From assembly GCA_018608045.1 (NCBI GenBank), contig JABBAI010000180.1:15295-79294 (forward strand): a DNA stretch of 64,000 nucleotides, read 5' to 3'. The DNA comes from Octadecabacter sp. GTDB taxonomy: Bacteria; Pseudomonadota; Alphaproteobacteria; Rhodobacterales; Rhodobacteraceae. The position numbers and the translations under genes are program-made. The notes below the pieces were generated by a model. The model made no database searches and was not told the origin of the DNA. It saw only the letters and a list, made by a program, of their open reading frames with translations. Positions 10,557 through 19,399 of the stretch are shown here, one piece after another (the stretch's first letter is position 1; each line of letters opens with the position of its first letter).

Positions 10557-11330
10557 TTATCCTGTCGGGTAGTCGCGCAGAAACACGACTTTGTCCCCTT
10601 CGCTCAGGTCGCTGTCATAGGTGTATCCGCCGGATGTAAAATCACGCAGCCCATCCATATCTGTCACACGATTTTCGACCACATGGCGCGCCATGGCCCC
10701 GCGTGCGCGTTTGGCGAAAAAGGATACGATACGGGGGCGGTTGTCTTTGACTTCCATGAAAACAGGCGTGATCACCCGCAACTTTAGCGCCTTGGTATCG
10801 GCCGCGCCGAAATATTCCTGCGATGCGCAGTTCACCAACGTGTCGGTGTTTTGAACATCGCCAAGGTCATTAAGCGCCCTCGAAATCGTGGTGCCCCAAT
10901 AGTCATAAAGCGACTTGCCGCGACGTGTTTTCAAACGGCTGCCCATCTCAAGACGGTAGGGCTGGATCGCGTCCAGTGGGCGCAACAAGCCATAGAGCCC
11001 CGATAAAATACGCAGATGATCTTGGGCATAGGCCATGTCGGCATCCGACAGCGTCTCAGCCTCAAGCCCCTGATAGGTATCGCCATTAAACATCAGGGCC
11101 GCGGCCTTCGTGCGGTCCGTACTTGGGGCGTCTTCGAAGGCTTTGAAACGGTCGCGGTTCAGGCGGGCAAGGTCATCGGAAATCGACATCAAATCCTTCA
11201 GCGCCCCAAGCGTCAGGTTGCGCGATGTCTTGGCGAGGCTGATCGCCTCTACCTGAAAATCTGGCGCAGTCGTTGTGTGGGGAACCGGTTCCATGTCGAG
11301 GGATTTGGCGGGTGAAATGACAGTTAACAT
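10557..11330 (-). CDS. yaaA: Peroxide stress protein YaaA
   Basis: MLTVISPAKSLD, LSGLYGLLRPLD, YRLEMG, VNCASQEY, AKRARGAMAR. Confidence 0.93.
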   Translation of the reverse strand: MLTVISPAKSLDMEPVPHTTTAPDFQVEAISLAKTSRNLTLGALKDLMSISDDLARLNRDRFKAFEDAPSTDRTKAAALMFNGDTYQGLEAETLSDADMAYAQDHLRILSGLYGLLRPLDAIQPYRLEMGSRLKTRRGKSLYDYWGTTISRALNDLGDVQNTDTLVNCASQEYFGAADTKALKLRVITPVFMEVKDNRPRIVSFFAKRARGAMARHVVENRVTDMDGLRDFTSGGYTYDSDLSEGDKVVFLRDYPTG

Positions 11331-11381
11331 GGGCAGGCCTCTGATTGCATGAACTATAGATAAGACGTTTGGCGCGGGCGT

Positions 11382-13415
11382 CTAGGCATCGCGTAGAATG
11401 TCGAGGAATGCGGCGCCAAAACGATCCGCATGGCGATCCCCGATAATGCGAATGATCGCTTGTTCGTCACGCGGTTTTTTCGATGCAACCTTCGCCAGTT
11501 GGGACGCGGAACACGACATGGGTTTGTCGGTTCCCTCAGGGCCGCGGGTCAGGTCGGCCTGACATTCCAGAAGGCGATCATAGATCGTGCCCTCATTGCG
11601 TCCGGCAAGTTTCTGACGCTGCGGGTGGAGGGCGGCGGCCTCACCGTTAATCACCTCAAGGAAAGCCGCGCCATAACTGTCTAACTTCTTTGCGCCCACA
11701 CCGCCGATCCGCGCCATGTCATCAAGGTCGCGGGGGCGTTTTTCGGCCATTTCGATCAGGGTGCGATCGTTGAAAATGATATAGGCGGGGCCACCGATCT
11801 GTTCCGCAAAAGCGCGCCGTTTGGCCTTGAGGGCGGACAGCAACGGCGCGTCTTCCTCAGACACCATTTGTTTTATTTTCGGGCCAGATTTTGCAGCCTT
11901 GATCGTGTCGCGGCGCAGTTGAATTGTTTCTTCATCGCGCAGGATCGGGCGGGCCTTTTGTGTCATGCGCAGTGCGCCGTGGCGTTCGGCGTCGGGGCGC
12001 ATCAGGTCATGGCCCATCATCTGCCTGAAAATCGCCTGCCACTGCACGCGGGAATATTCTTTGCCGACACCAAAGGTAGGGAGCTGGTCGTGATTCCACT
12101 GTTTGACCTTGTCGGTCATGTTACCCAGCACAATGTCGATGAGGTGACCCGCGCCAAAGCGTTCGTCGGTGCGCAACGCAGCAGACAGGGCCATACGGAC
12201 AGGCATCGTGCCGTCGAAGATTTCAGCAGGCTTGTCGCACAGATCACAGTGACCGCAGGGGGCGGGATCTTCGCCGAAGTATTTTAGCAGGTTTTGGCGG
12301 CGACATTTCAGCGCTTCGGCCAAACCCGTTAACGCGTTCAGACGACCGTGGTCGGCGGCGCGGCGTTCAGGTGGAGCAAGGCCTTCGTCAATCTGTTGGC
12401 GGCGATAGCGGATGTCGTCTTGGCCAAACAGCGTCAGCGTTTCAGCGGGCGCACCATCGCGGCCTGCGCGGCCGATTTCCTGATAATAGGATTCAATGGA
12501 TTTCGGCAGATCGGCATGGGCAACCCAACGGATATCGGGTTTGTCGATGCCCATGCCAAATGCGATTGTGGCACAGACGATCAGCCCGTCTTCTTGCTGG
12601 AAGCGGCGTTCAACGTGGCGGCGATCATCCGCTTCCATCCCACCGTGATAATGGCACGCGGTGTGACCGTCATCGCGCAAAGCTTTGGCCAGCGTTTCGG
12701 TCTTCGCACGTGTTCCGCAATACACGATGCCCGCTTGTTCTTTGCGTGCAGCGGCGAAGGACAAAATCTGTTTGCGCGGGCTATCTTTGGCCGCGAACGC
12801 GAGGTGGATGTTGGGCCGATCAAAACCGTGCAGGAAAATTTCGGGAGTTTCCCCGTCGAACAGTTTTTCGATAATTTCGATGCGAGTTTCTTCGTCTGCT
12901 GTGGCGGTAAACGCCGCAAGCGGAACACCAAGCGCTTTGCGCAATTCACCAATGCGCAAGTAATCGGGGCGGAAATCATGGCCCCACTGGGACACACAGT
13001 GCGCTTCGTCCACGGCGATCATCGACACGCCCGATTGGCGCAGCATGCGTTGGGCACCATTTGAGGCGAGGCGTTCGGGCGCGATATAGAGAAGCTTGAG
13101 GGTTCCGTTTTCGAGGTTGCGCCAGACCTCATCGGTTTCTTCTTCGGTATTGCCACTGGTCAGCGCACCCGCCACGACCCCTGCTTCTTTGAGGCCGCGC
13201 ACTTGGTCGCGCATCAACGCGATCAGCGGGGAAATGACGACTGTGACGCCGTCGCGCACCAAAGCGGGCAGTTGGAAGCACAGGGATTTACCGCCACCCG
13301 TGGGCATAATTGCAAGGGTATTTTTGCCGTCCGTGACAGCTTCCACGATCTCTTGTTGGCCGGGGCGGAACCCGTCAAAGCCAAAGACGTCGCGTAAAAG
13401 CGTGGCAGCGCTCAT
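11382..13415 (-). CDS. recQ: ATP-dependent DNA helicase RecQ
   Basis: MPTGGGKSLCFQ, VDEAHCVSQWGHDFRP, QEIGRAGRDG, Zn-binding Cys cluster, HRDC region. Start placed at ATG 13415. Confidence 0.96.
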   Translation of the reverse strand: MSAATLLRDVFGFDGFRPGQQEIVEAVTDGKNTLAIMPTGGGKSLCFQLPALVRDGVTVVISPLIALMRDQVRGLKEAGVVAGALTSGNTEEETDEVWRNLENGTLKLLYIAPERLASNGAQRMLRQSGVSMIAVDEAHCVSQWGHDFRPDYLRIGELRKALGVPLAAFTATADEETRIEIIEKLFDGETPEIFLHGFDRPNIHLAFAAKDSPRKQILSFAAARKEQAGIVYCGTRAKTETLAKALRDDGHTACHYHGGMEADDRRHVERRFQQEDGLIVCATIAFGMGIDKPDIRWVAHADLPKSIESYYQEIGRAGRDGAPAETLTLFGQDDIRYRRQQIDEGLAPPERRAADHGRLNALTGLAEALKCRRQNLLKYFGEDPAPCGHCDLCDKPAEIFDGTMPVRMALSAALRTDERFGAGHLIDIVLGNMTDKVKQWNHDQLPTFGVGKEYSRVQWQAIFRQMMGHDLMRPDAERHGALRMTQKARPILRDEETIQLRRDTIKAAKSGPKIKQMVSEEDAPLLSALKAKRRAFAEQIGGPAYIIFNDRTLIEMAEKRPRDLDDMARIGGVGAKKLDSYGAAFLEVINGEAAALHPQRQKLAGRNEGTIYDRLLECQADLTRGPEGTDKPMSCSASQLAKVASKKPRDEQAIIRIIGDRHADRFGAAFLDILRDA

Positions 13416-13521
13416 GTCCGTTTCCTGTGATTGATTTGTCCCGATTGGGCGCAAAGAATCACACGGCGGTCACGGGGGCAAGTTAAATGCGGCCCCTGCG
13501 TCGCAAGGCTGTGATGGTGGA

Positions 13522-13788
13522 TCAGGTAATCAGGATTGTGATCACTTGCAGACCCAACAAGGCCACCAGCGGCGCCAGATCAATGCCGCCCATTTGCGGC
13601 ATGACGCGGCGGATCGGACCATAGATCGGTTCAAGCAAACGGGACAATCCGTACCAGATCTGGGACACAAACGACTGGCGAATATTGAGAACCTCAAACT
13701 GGATCAGCCAGCTCATGATGAAATGCGCGATAATAAACGTCCGAAGGACGCTAATGATCAGCAACAGGATTTCAATAATATCGGTCAT
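13522..13788 (-). CDS. YggT family membrane protein
   Basis: IMSWLI...LLEPIYGPIRRVMPQMGGIDLAPLV. Confidence 0.9.
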   Translation of the reverse strand: MTDIIEILLLIISVLRTFIIAHFIMSWLIQFEVLNIRQSFVSQIWYGLSRLLEPIYGPIRRVMPQMGGIDLAPLVALLGLQVITILIT

Positions 13789-13899
13789 GGGGCGTCCTCA
13801 ATTGGTTTCAGCAGACCTAAGGACGCTCGGGTTAAAGGGCAATGACTTTCCGCAGCGTCACCACTTGACGTAAACGTCACTTAGTCGTCTTTGAGTTGC

Positions 13900-14442
13900 A
13901 TGTACCCATTTTTACGCCTTGGCCTGAACCTGTTCGCGGCGCGCAAATTGCCGCCGATGGATCCCCTTGAAATGCACGTGTCACAGCATCGTTGCCGATT
14001 AGTCGACTGTGATATTTTCATGGAGATGAACAACGGGCGCATCTTGACGCTCTATGAAATGGGGCGGTTTCAAGCGGCCGTGCGCATGGGCCTTTGGGCG
14101 TTGTTGAAAAAGAAGCGTTGGGGGCTGACAGTGGCGGGCACGTCTATTCGATATCGCAAGCGCATCACCCCGTTTGAAAAATACGAGACCCGCACCAAGA
14201 TCGCCGCATGGGACGACCGCTTTGTTTATATCGAACAGGGTATGTACAAACTGAACGGCGACTGCGCGAGCCATGTGTTGCTGCGCACCGCTGTCGTTGC
14301 AAAGGGCCGCGCCGTGCCAACGGATGTGTTGATTGAAGCGATGGGTATTCCGACGCCGCGCCCGACACCTGCCCCATGGGTCCAAAACTGGATCGACGCC
14401 GAAGCCACGCGGATCTGGCCACCAGAGCTTGAAAAACCCTAA
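13900..14442 (+). CDS. Hotdog-fold acyl-CoA thioesterase (4HBT-like)
   Basis: MYPFLRL start; DCDIFMEMNNGRILTLYEMGR; IRYRKRI; WDDRFVYIEQ. Confidence 0.85.
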   Translation: MYPFLRLGLNLFAARKLPPMDPLEMHVSQHRCRLVDCDIFMEMNNGRILTLYEMGRFQAAVRMGLWALLKKKRWGLTVAGTSIRYRKRITPFEKYETRTKIAAWDDRFVYIEQGMYKLNGDCASHVLLRTAVVAKGRAVPTDVLIEAMGIPTPRPTPAPWVQNWIDAEATRIWPPELEKP

Positions 14443-14502
14443 AACCATTGCCTCACCACAGCTTTGCCTGTCTTATCCAATTCAAGGGTAAGGGGAACGT
14501 GA

Positions 14503-15882
14503 ATGGCGCAGGCAACTAAGAAACGCATTTGGGGCTGGATGGCTTTCGATTGGGCGTCGCAACCGTTTTACACGGTGGGTTTGACGTTCGTGTTTGGCCC
14601 CTATTTTGCAGTCGTCGCAGCGGAATACTTCATGTCTTCCGGCGTTGAAAGCGGGGCCGCCAAAGCCCAAGCACAAAGCCTTTGGTCAAGCGGTCAAACC
14701 GTGTCCGGTTTAATCATCGCCTTTACTGCGCCCTTCCTAGGGGCATTCGCGGATAATTCGGGGCGCAAAATCCCTTGGATCGCGTTCTTTTCGGTGATGT
14801 TTGTTGTCGCCATATCCATGATCTGGATGCTGACGCCAGAGGGGGCCGCGCTGTACCTCGTACTGATCCTGTTCTTTATCGCTTTCATCGCGGCTGAATC
14901 AGCGCTTAATTTTGTTAACGCCATCCTACCGAGCCTTGGGAACAAGGACGAAGTCGGCCGGATCAGTGGGTCGGGTGCTGCGTTTGGCTATTGGGGCGGG
15001 GTCGTGTCGCTTGCGATCATGCTGTTGGTGTTCGTGGAACAAGATAACGGGCGCACCATCTTTGTCGGGCTTGAACCACCGTTCGGGCTGAACCCCAATG
15101 AGAAGGAAGGCACGCGTTTTGTCGGGCCGTTTATAGCGATTTGGTTTGCTGTCTTTATGATACCGTTTTTCATGTGGGTTCGTGATGATCCAACGACTGG
15201 CGGGAAATCCACCAACCTGCGCGCTGTAGCAGGCGATTTGTGGGGCACGATGAAATCCGTGGCCCAGCGCAAAAGCCTGTTAAATTTTTTGGTTGGATCG
15301 ATGTTTTACCGTGACGCCCTGAACGCGCTTTACGCGTTTGGCGGGGTCTATGCCGCGCTTGTTCTGGATTGGGGGATTACGGCGATCGGTGTCTTCGGTG
15401 TTGTGGCGGCGATTGCGGCGGCGATCACCACATGGATAGCTGGACTGGCCGATGCGCGGTTTGGCCCCAAGCCTGTGATCCGCGTCGCCGTTTGGCTGCT
15501 GATCCTTGTAAGCATCACGATTGTCGGCACGTCCCGTGAACAGATTTTCTGGATCACGCTGCCAATTGCATCAACCCTCCCTGACGCAGTCTTTTATCTG
15601 TGCGGCGCTATTATCGGCGGTGCGGGTGGCGCGGTTTACACCGCCAGCCGATCCATGATGGTGCGCCATACCCATCCTGATCGCCCAGCAGAAGCGTTCG
15701 GGTTGTTCGCATTGTCGGGTAAGGCCACGGCATTTTTGGCCCCCGCAGGCATTACATTGTTCACATGGTGGACCGGAAACACGCAACTTGGCTTCCTCCC
15801 CGTGATCATCCTTTTCTTGATGGGCTTGTTCTTGTTAAAATGGGTCAAACCACAAGGAGATCGCGACGAATGGGCAGCCTAG
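14503..15882 (+). CDS. MFS transporter (UMF1/Atg22-like)
   Basis: WGWMAFDWASQPF, about 12 hydrophobic segments, SRSMM, EAFGLFALSGKATAFLAP. Confidence 0.88.
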   Translation: MAQATKKRIWGWMAFDWASQPFYTVGLTFVFGPYFAVVAAEYFMSSGVESGAAKAQAQSLWSSGQTVSGLIIAFTAPFLGAFADNSGRKIPWIAFFSVMFVVAISMIWMLTPEGAALYLVLILFFIAFIAAESALNFVNAILPSLGNKDEVGRISGSGAAFGYWGGVVSLAIMLLVFVEQDNGRTIFVGLEPPFGLNPNEKEGTRFVGPFIAIWFAVFMIPFFMWVRDDPTTGGKSTNLRAVAGDLWGTMKSVAQRKSLLNFLVGSMFYRDALNALYAFGGVYAALVLDWGITAIGVFGVVAAIAAAITTWIAGLADARFGPKPVIRVAVWLLILVSITIVGTSREQIFWITLPIASTLPDAVFYLCGAIIGGAGGAVYTASRSMMVRHTHPDRPAEAFGLFALSGKATAFLAPAGITLFTWWTGNTQLGFLPVIILFLMGLFLLKWVKPQGDRDEWAA

Positions 15883-16811
15883 TCAAAACCGGATTTCTAA
15901 TCGCAGCACTGGCCGTCACGGCGGGCTGTCGCAACACCGAAGTCAGCAGATCAGTGCCGGGCAATACATCAGCGCCTGCTGCCGTGATGTCGACCCAGAA
16001 TTCAAACGACACCCGCGTTGCAAAAGATGTGTTCGGCTACTTGCCGACGGCATCCGATCAGCGATCAGAATCCTTCGGGGGCTATGCGCGTGGCTGTCAG
16101 GCTGGTGCCGTGCAGCTTCCTGAAACCGGACCGACATGGCAGGCCATGCGTCTGTCGCGCAACCGCAATTGGGGCCAGCCCGTTCTTATCGATTACGTCC
16201 AAGACCTCAGCCGATTTGCCGCCACCTTGCCCGGCTGGGAAGGCATTTATGTTGGCGATTTAAGCCAGCCACGCGGTGGTCCGATGCTAACAGGGCATGC
16301 GTCACACCAGATCGGTCTGGATGCCGATATCTGGATGCTGCCGCCTGATCGGTTGAACTTGAACCGTCAAGAACGCGAGAACCTGTCGTCTATTTCAATG
16401 CGCCGCGAACGTGGGGCGTTTACAAATTCCAGCTGGACCGAACAGCACATGCAAGTGTTGCGCGCCGCGGCAAGTGACCCGCGCACAGCCCGTATTTTTG
16501 TCTTTCCGGGCGCAAAGGTCGCGATGTGCGACTGGGCCACTGGGGATCGATCATGGCTCAACAAGATCCGGCCTTGGTATGGGCATCACTACCATTTCCA
16601 TGTGCGCCTCACGTGTCCTGCTGGTGCGTCAGGTTGCGAAAATCAGGCGCCACCACCAGCTGGTGACGGTTGTGCGGATGCGCAAACCTGGGTGAACAAT
16701 ATCCTGAACCCGCCGCCGCCAGACCCGAGCGCAACACCGCGCACACCGCGTGGTCCACTGACGATGGCGCGTTTGCCGGCACAGTGTTTGTCGGTCGCTG
16801 AAAGTAACTAG
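15870..16811 (+). CDS. mepA: Penicillin-insensitive murein endopeptidase (probable lipoprotein)
   Basis: GGYARGCQAGA, MRLSRNRNWG, GDLSQPRGGPMLTGHASHQIGLDADIW, GHHYHFHVR; lipobox-like VTAGC. Confidence 0.92.
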   Translation: MGSLVKTGFLIAALAVTAGCRNTEVSRSVPGNTSAPAAVMSTQNSNDTRVAKDVFGYLPTASDQRSESFGGYARGCQAGAVQLPETGPTWQAMRLSRNRNWGQPVLIDYVQDLSRFAATLPGWEGIYVGDLSQPRGGPMLTGHASHQIGLDADIWMLPPDRLNLNRQERENLSSISMRRERGAFTNSSWTEQHMQVLRAAASDPRTARIFVFPGAKVAMCDWATGDRSWLNKIRPWYGHHYHFHVRLTCPAGASGCENQAPPPAGDGCADAQTWVNNILNPPPPDPSATPRTPRGPLTMARLPAQCLSVAESN

Positions 16812-16824
16812 GCACCGCAAACGA

Positions 16825-16854
16825 TTGACATCTTGGACGCCGCCCCCGTATGAA
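16825..16854 (+). promoter_or_regulatory. Putative sigma70 promoter of the queuosine-precursor transporter gene
   Basis: TTGACA (16825-16830), 18-bp spacer, TATGAA (16849-16854). Confidence 0.5.
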
Positions 16855-16908
16855 GTAGTCGTCTGTCGTTGTGACAGGCCAAGTGTCCGACTACCTTGTC
16901 AAAACGGA
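16855..16908 (+). promoter_or_regulatory. Structured 5' leader with alternative folds; candidate riboswitch
   Basis: Stem 16866-16878/16895-16907 covers the GGA RBS; competing hairpin 16861-16867/16873-16879; extra pairing GTAGTCG/CGACTAC. Confidence 0.4.
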
Positions 16909-16916
16909 TTGATAAA

Positions 16917-17552
16917 ATGACCAAAATTCTTCCTGGCGTCATCGCCATGGCCATCGTTGTGGTGACCTCTAACATCCTTGTGCAGTTTTTGATCCTTGAT
17001 GGATTGCTGACATGGGGTGCCTTTACCTACCCCCTCGCGTTTTTAGTGACCGATGTGATGAACCGCGTTTACGGTGCCAGCACCGCGCGCCGGGTCGTTC
17101 TAATCGGCTTTGTCGTTGGCGTTGTGTGTTCACTGATTGGCAGCCAAATCATGATCCAAGGCGATGGATTTGAATTCCCGGCTGTGGCGCTGCGGGTGGC
17201 TATCGGATCTGCGACCGCGTTCCTTGTGGCGCAGTTGATCGATGTCGCAATCTTCCAACGACTTCGCGGTGGCACATGGTGGAAAGCGCCGCTGACATCC
17301 ACGTTAGTGGGATCGACAATCGACACCGCGTTGTTCTTTACGATCGCATTCAGCGCGACGGTGTCGTTCGGCGCGGCGGCTGATGGCGAAGTATCTTGGG
17401 CGTGGGATGCCGTTCCGTTCCTGCTGTCCGGCCCCGAAGCCCCGCTGTGGGTCACACTGGCCGTCGCAGACTGGGGCGTGAAGATTGCAATCGCATTGAT
17501 CGCCCTGATCCCGTTCCGCATCATTATTGGGCGCCTACAGCCCGCCACATAA
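16917..17552 (+). CDS. yhhQ: Queuosine precursor transporter (YhhQ / VUT family)
   Basis: SNILVQ, TWGAFTYPLAFLVTDVMNRVYG, RVAIGSATAFLVAQLIDV, GSTIDTALFFTIAF. Confidence 0.9.
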   Translation: MTKILPGVIAMAIVVVTSNILVQFLILDGLLTWGAFTYPLAFLVTDVMNRVYGASTARRVVLIGFVVGVVCSLIGSQIMIQGDGFEFPAVALRVAIGSATAFLVAQLIDVAIFQRLRGGTWWKAPLTSTLVGSTIDTALFFTIAFSATVSFGAAADGEVSWAWDAVPFLLSGPEAPLWVTLAVADWGVKIAIALIALIPFRIIIGRLQPAT

Positions 17553-17619
17553 ATGTGGTCATTTTTTTCTTTGCAAAACGCATAAGTTGTGTTTTTCTGT
17601 CCTTATTAGAAACAAATGC

Positions 17620-17790
17620 AAAGGAGGTGATCTAGTGTCTAGAAAGATATTGGAAACGTGTGTCGGGACAACTGTGGGGGCGAAAATCTAGGGCATTCCC
17701 TAGACGATTAACGCCGCAGGTGAGACCGCTCTAACCGGCCACCTCCTGAACTTTCGAAGGGCCGCCCTCATAGTAGGGCGGCCCTTTTTC
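17620..17790 (+). ncRNA. Candidate small RNA / small-ORF transcript (extended SD, 18-codon ORF at 17635-17691, internal anti-SD, terminator)
   Basis: AAAGGAGGTGATC at 17620-17632; GTG ORF MSRKILETCVGTTVGAKI*; hairpin 17687-17704; CACCTCCT at 17740-17747; terminator at 17757-17790. Confidence 0.55.
17757..17790 (+). terminator. Intrinsic terminator
   Basis: AAGGGCCGCCCT-CATAGT-AGGGCGGCCCTT followed by a T-rich tail. Confidence 0.85.
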
Positions 17791-17820
17791 TTTGGTCTGA
17801 CAAGATGTTATGGGTGGCAC

Positions 17821-18240
17821 ATGGGACTTCGCATCAACGATCAAATAGACATCGCCGATTGGGAGCTTGTGGAAAGCTTCGTGCGCGCGTCCGGTCCAGG
17901 TGGGCAGAACGTCAACAAAGTCAGCACAGCTGTTGAATTGCGGTTTGAAGCCGCACGATCCCCCGCGTTGACCGGTCCTGTCAAAACACGTCTTCGCCGC
18001 TTGGCGGGGCGAAAATGGACGGGCGACGGCGCGATTGTGGTCTTCGTGCAAGACACGCGATACCAAGCGCGCAACCGTGAACTGGCGCGCGAACGACTGG
18101 CCGACATGATCCGCGCCGCTTTAGTTGCGCCGAAACGTCGGGTGAAAACCCGTGTGTCGCAAAACCAGAAACGCAAACGGGTGGATGAAAAGAAAAAGCG
18201 CGGCGAAGTCAAAATCCTGCGGGGGAAAGTGTCTGACTGA
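17821..18240 (+). CDS. arfB: Alternative ribosome rescue peptidyl-tRNA hydrolase
   Basis: FVRASGPGGQNVNKVSTAVELRF (GGQ motif), QARNRELA, basic C-terminal tail. Confidence 0.94.
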   Translation: MGLRINDQIDIADWELVESFVRASGPGGQNVNKVSTAVELRFEAARSPALTGPVKTRLRRLAGRKWTGDGAIVVFVQDTRYQARNRELARERLADMIRAALVAPKRRVKTRVSQNQKRKRVDEKKKRGEVKILRGKVSD

Positions 18241-18256
18241 CCCCCGCCTTTGGGCT

Positions 18257-19399
18257 TTAGGTTGGTGTCAAACAGGTCGCCATCATGCTGGAATAAATAT
18301 AGCGCGTGGCTGTGAGGGCCCCCACAGGCCTCAAGAATACGAGTAAATAACCATCCGACGGCGCAACAAACCCACCGAGATCCAGATCGCTTCGGTTCAT
18401 ACCGAGAGGCAAGGGGACGGCGTCCAAAGACCCAATCAATGTTCGATTCGTCGTGCCAGTGTTCGACCATCCAGCATTCCATGGTCCTGTCTGAAAATAG
18501 ACCCGTGCATCAAATCCAGTGATCTCTGTGTTATTTACACGTAACCCAATCCTAAGCCGTTGAACCTGTGTGTTTTCTGGAATGAACGGGCCAAGGTTTG
18601 TCCATGATTCAGTCGGCTCAGCGCCTGTTCCACTATTCTGTGAATTATTTTCACTCTGGGCACCGTAGGCCGTAGAAAACGTCACCCACCGATTGTCGGA
18701 ATAACAATACCAGCGACCGCCAAAATCAATCCGGTTGGACACCTGCGCGCCAGATGGGAAATTCGCCCGTCCCGTTGCCGCATTAAAGGACACGCCGGTG
18801 TTCCACGTCGCAGCATCGGCGCTGACTTTGACTGCAAAGTCGTCTGATCCGGCAGTGCCCATTTCTGCGCGGCCAGAATATCCCGTCTGAAACAGAAGAC
18901 TTGCTGTATCAGTTTCACAGTCTTTGTTGACGACAATGCGGTGGTCGCTTCCGGCGTGTGACAGCAAAGTCGCATCCGACGACACCGCGAGACGATTGGT
19001 TGCATCCGCTGTCGTATTGATCCCAACGCTGTCGAGGTTTTGTAACGCTGATGCATCAATTCCAGAGCCGACCCAATCAGACCCGTCCCAAATCAGCACC
19101 ACACCTTCGCTGCGCACAACGGCCTGCCAACCTTCTTGTGGAGGGTAAAACGCCCATGCTGCATCTTCAAACACAGCGATTGATCCGTCTTGTCCTGTCC
19201 AGTCCGCACTTGCAGATGGCCCAACGATATGACGGTCACCCGCTATCGGTGTTCCGGGCGGCGCGGTTTGATCTCGATCTGCCACCGACAACTGAACAAG
19301 CGCGTCCAGAACACGGATCGCTTCGTTATGAGTGACGTGTTTTTGCGCCTGAGAAGGCTGAATATAAGGCAAACCTAGGGTGTGGGACGACTCGGACAT
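18257..19399 (-). CDS. DUF2793 domain protein (GTA/phage tail-fibre-like)
   Basis: LGLPYIQPSQAQKHVTHNEAIRVLDALVQLSV, GINTTADATNRLAVSSDATLLSH, SLLFQTGYSGRAEMG, VKVSAD; GGAGGAG RBS upstream. Confidence 0.85.
   Translation of the reverse strand: MSESSHTLGLPYIQPSQAQKHVTHNEAIRVLDALVQLSVADRDQTAPPGTPIAGDRHIVGPSASADWTGQDGSIAVFEDAAWAFYPPQEGWQAVVRSEGVVLIWDGSDWVGSGIDASALQNLDSVGINTTADATNRLAVSSDATLLSHAGSDHRIVVNKDCETDTASLLFQTGYSGRAEMGTAGSDDFAVKVSADAATWNTGVSFNAATGRANFPSGAQVSNRIDFGGRWYCYSDNRWVTFSTAYGAQSENNSQNSGTGAEPTESWTNLGPFIPENTQVQRLRIGLRVNNTEITGFDARVYFQTGPWNAGWSNTGTTNRTLIGSLDAVPLPLGMNRSDLDLGGFVAPSDGYLLVFLRPVGALTATRYIYSSMMATCLTPT

Noticed and set aside
17620-17632. Possible 16S rRNA gene fragment on the minus strand
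   Set aside because: The match is limited to 13 nt; the flanks do not resemble 16S helix 45 or an ITS.
18257-19399. Prophage
   Set aside because: A single tail-fibre-like gene with no integrase, capsid, terminase or att repeats.
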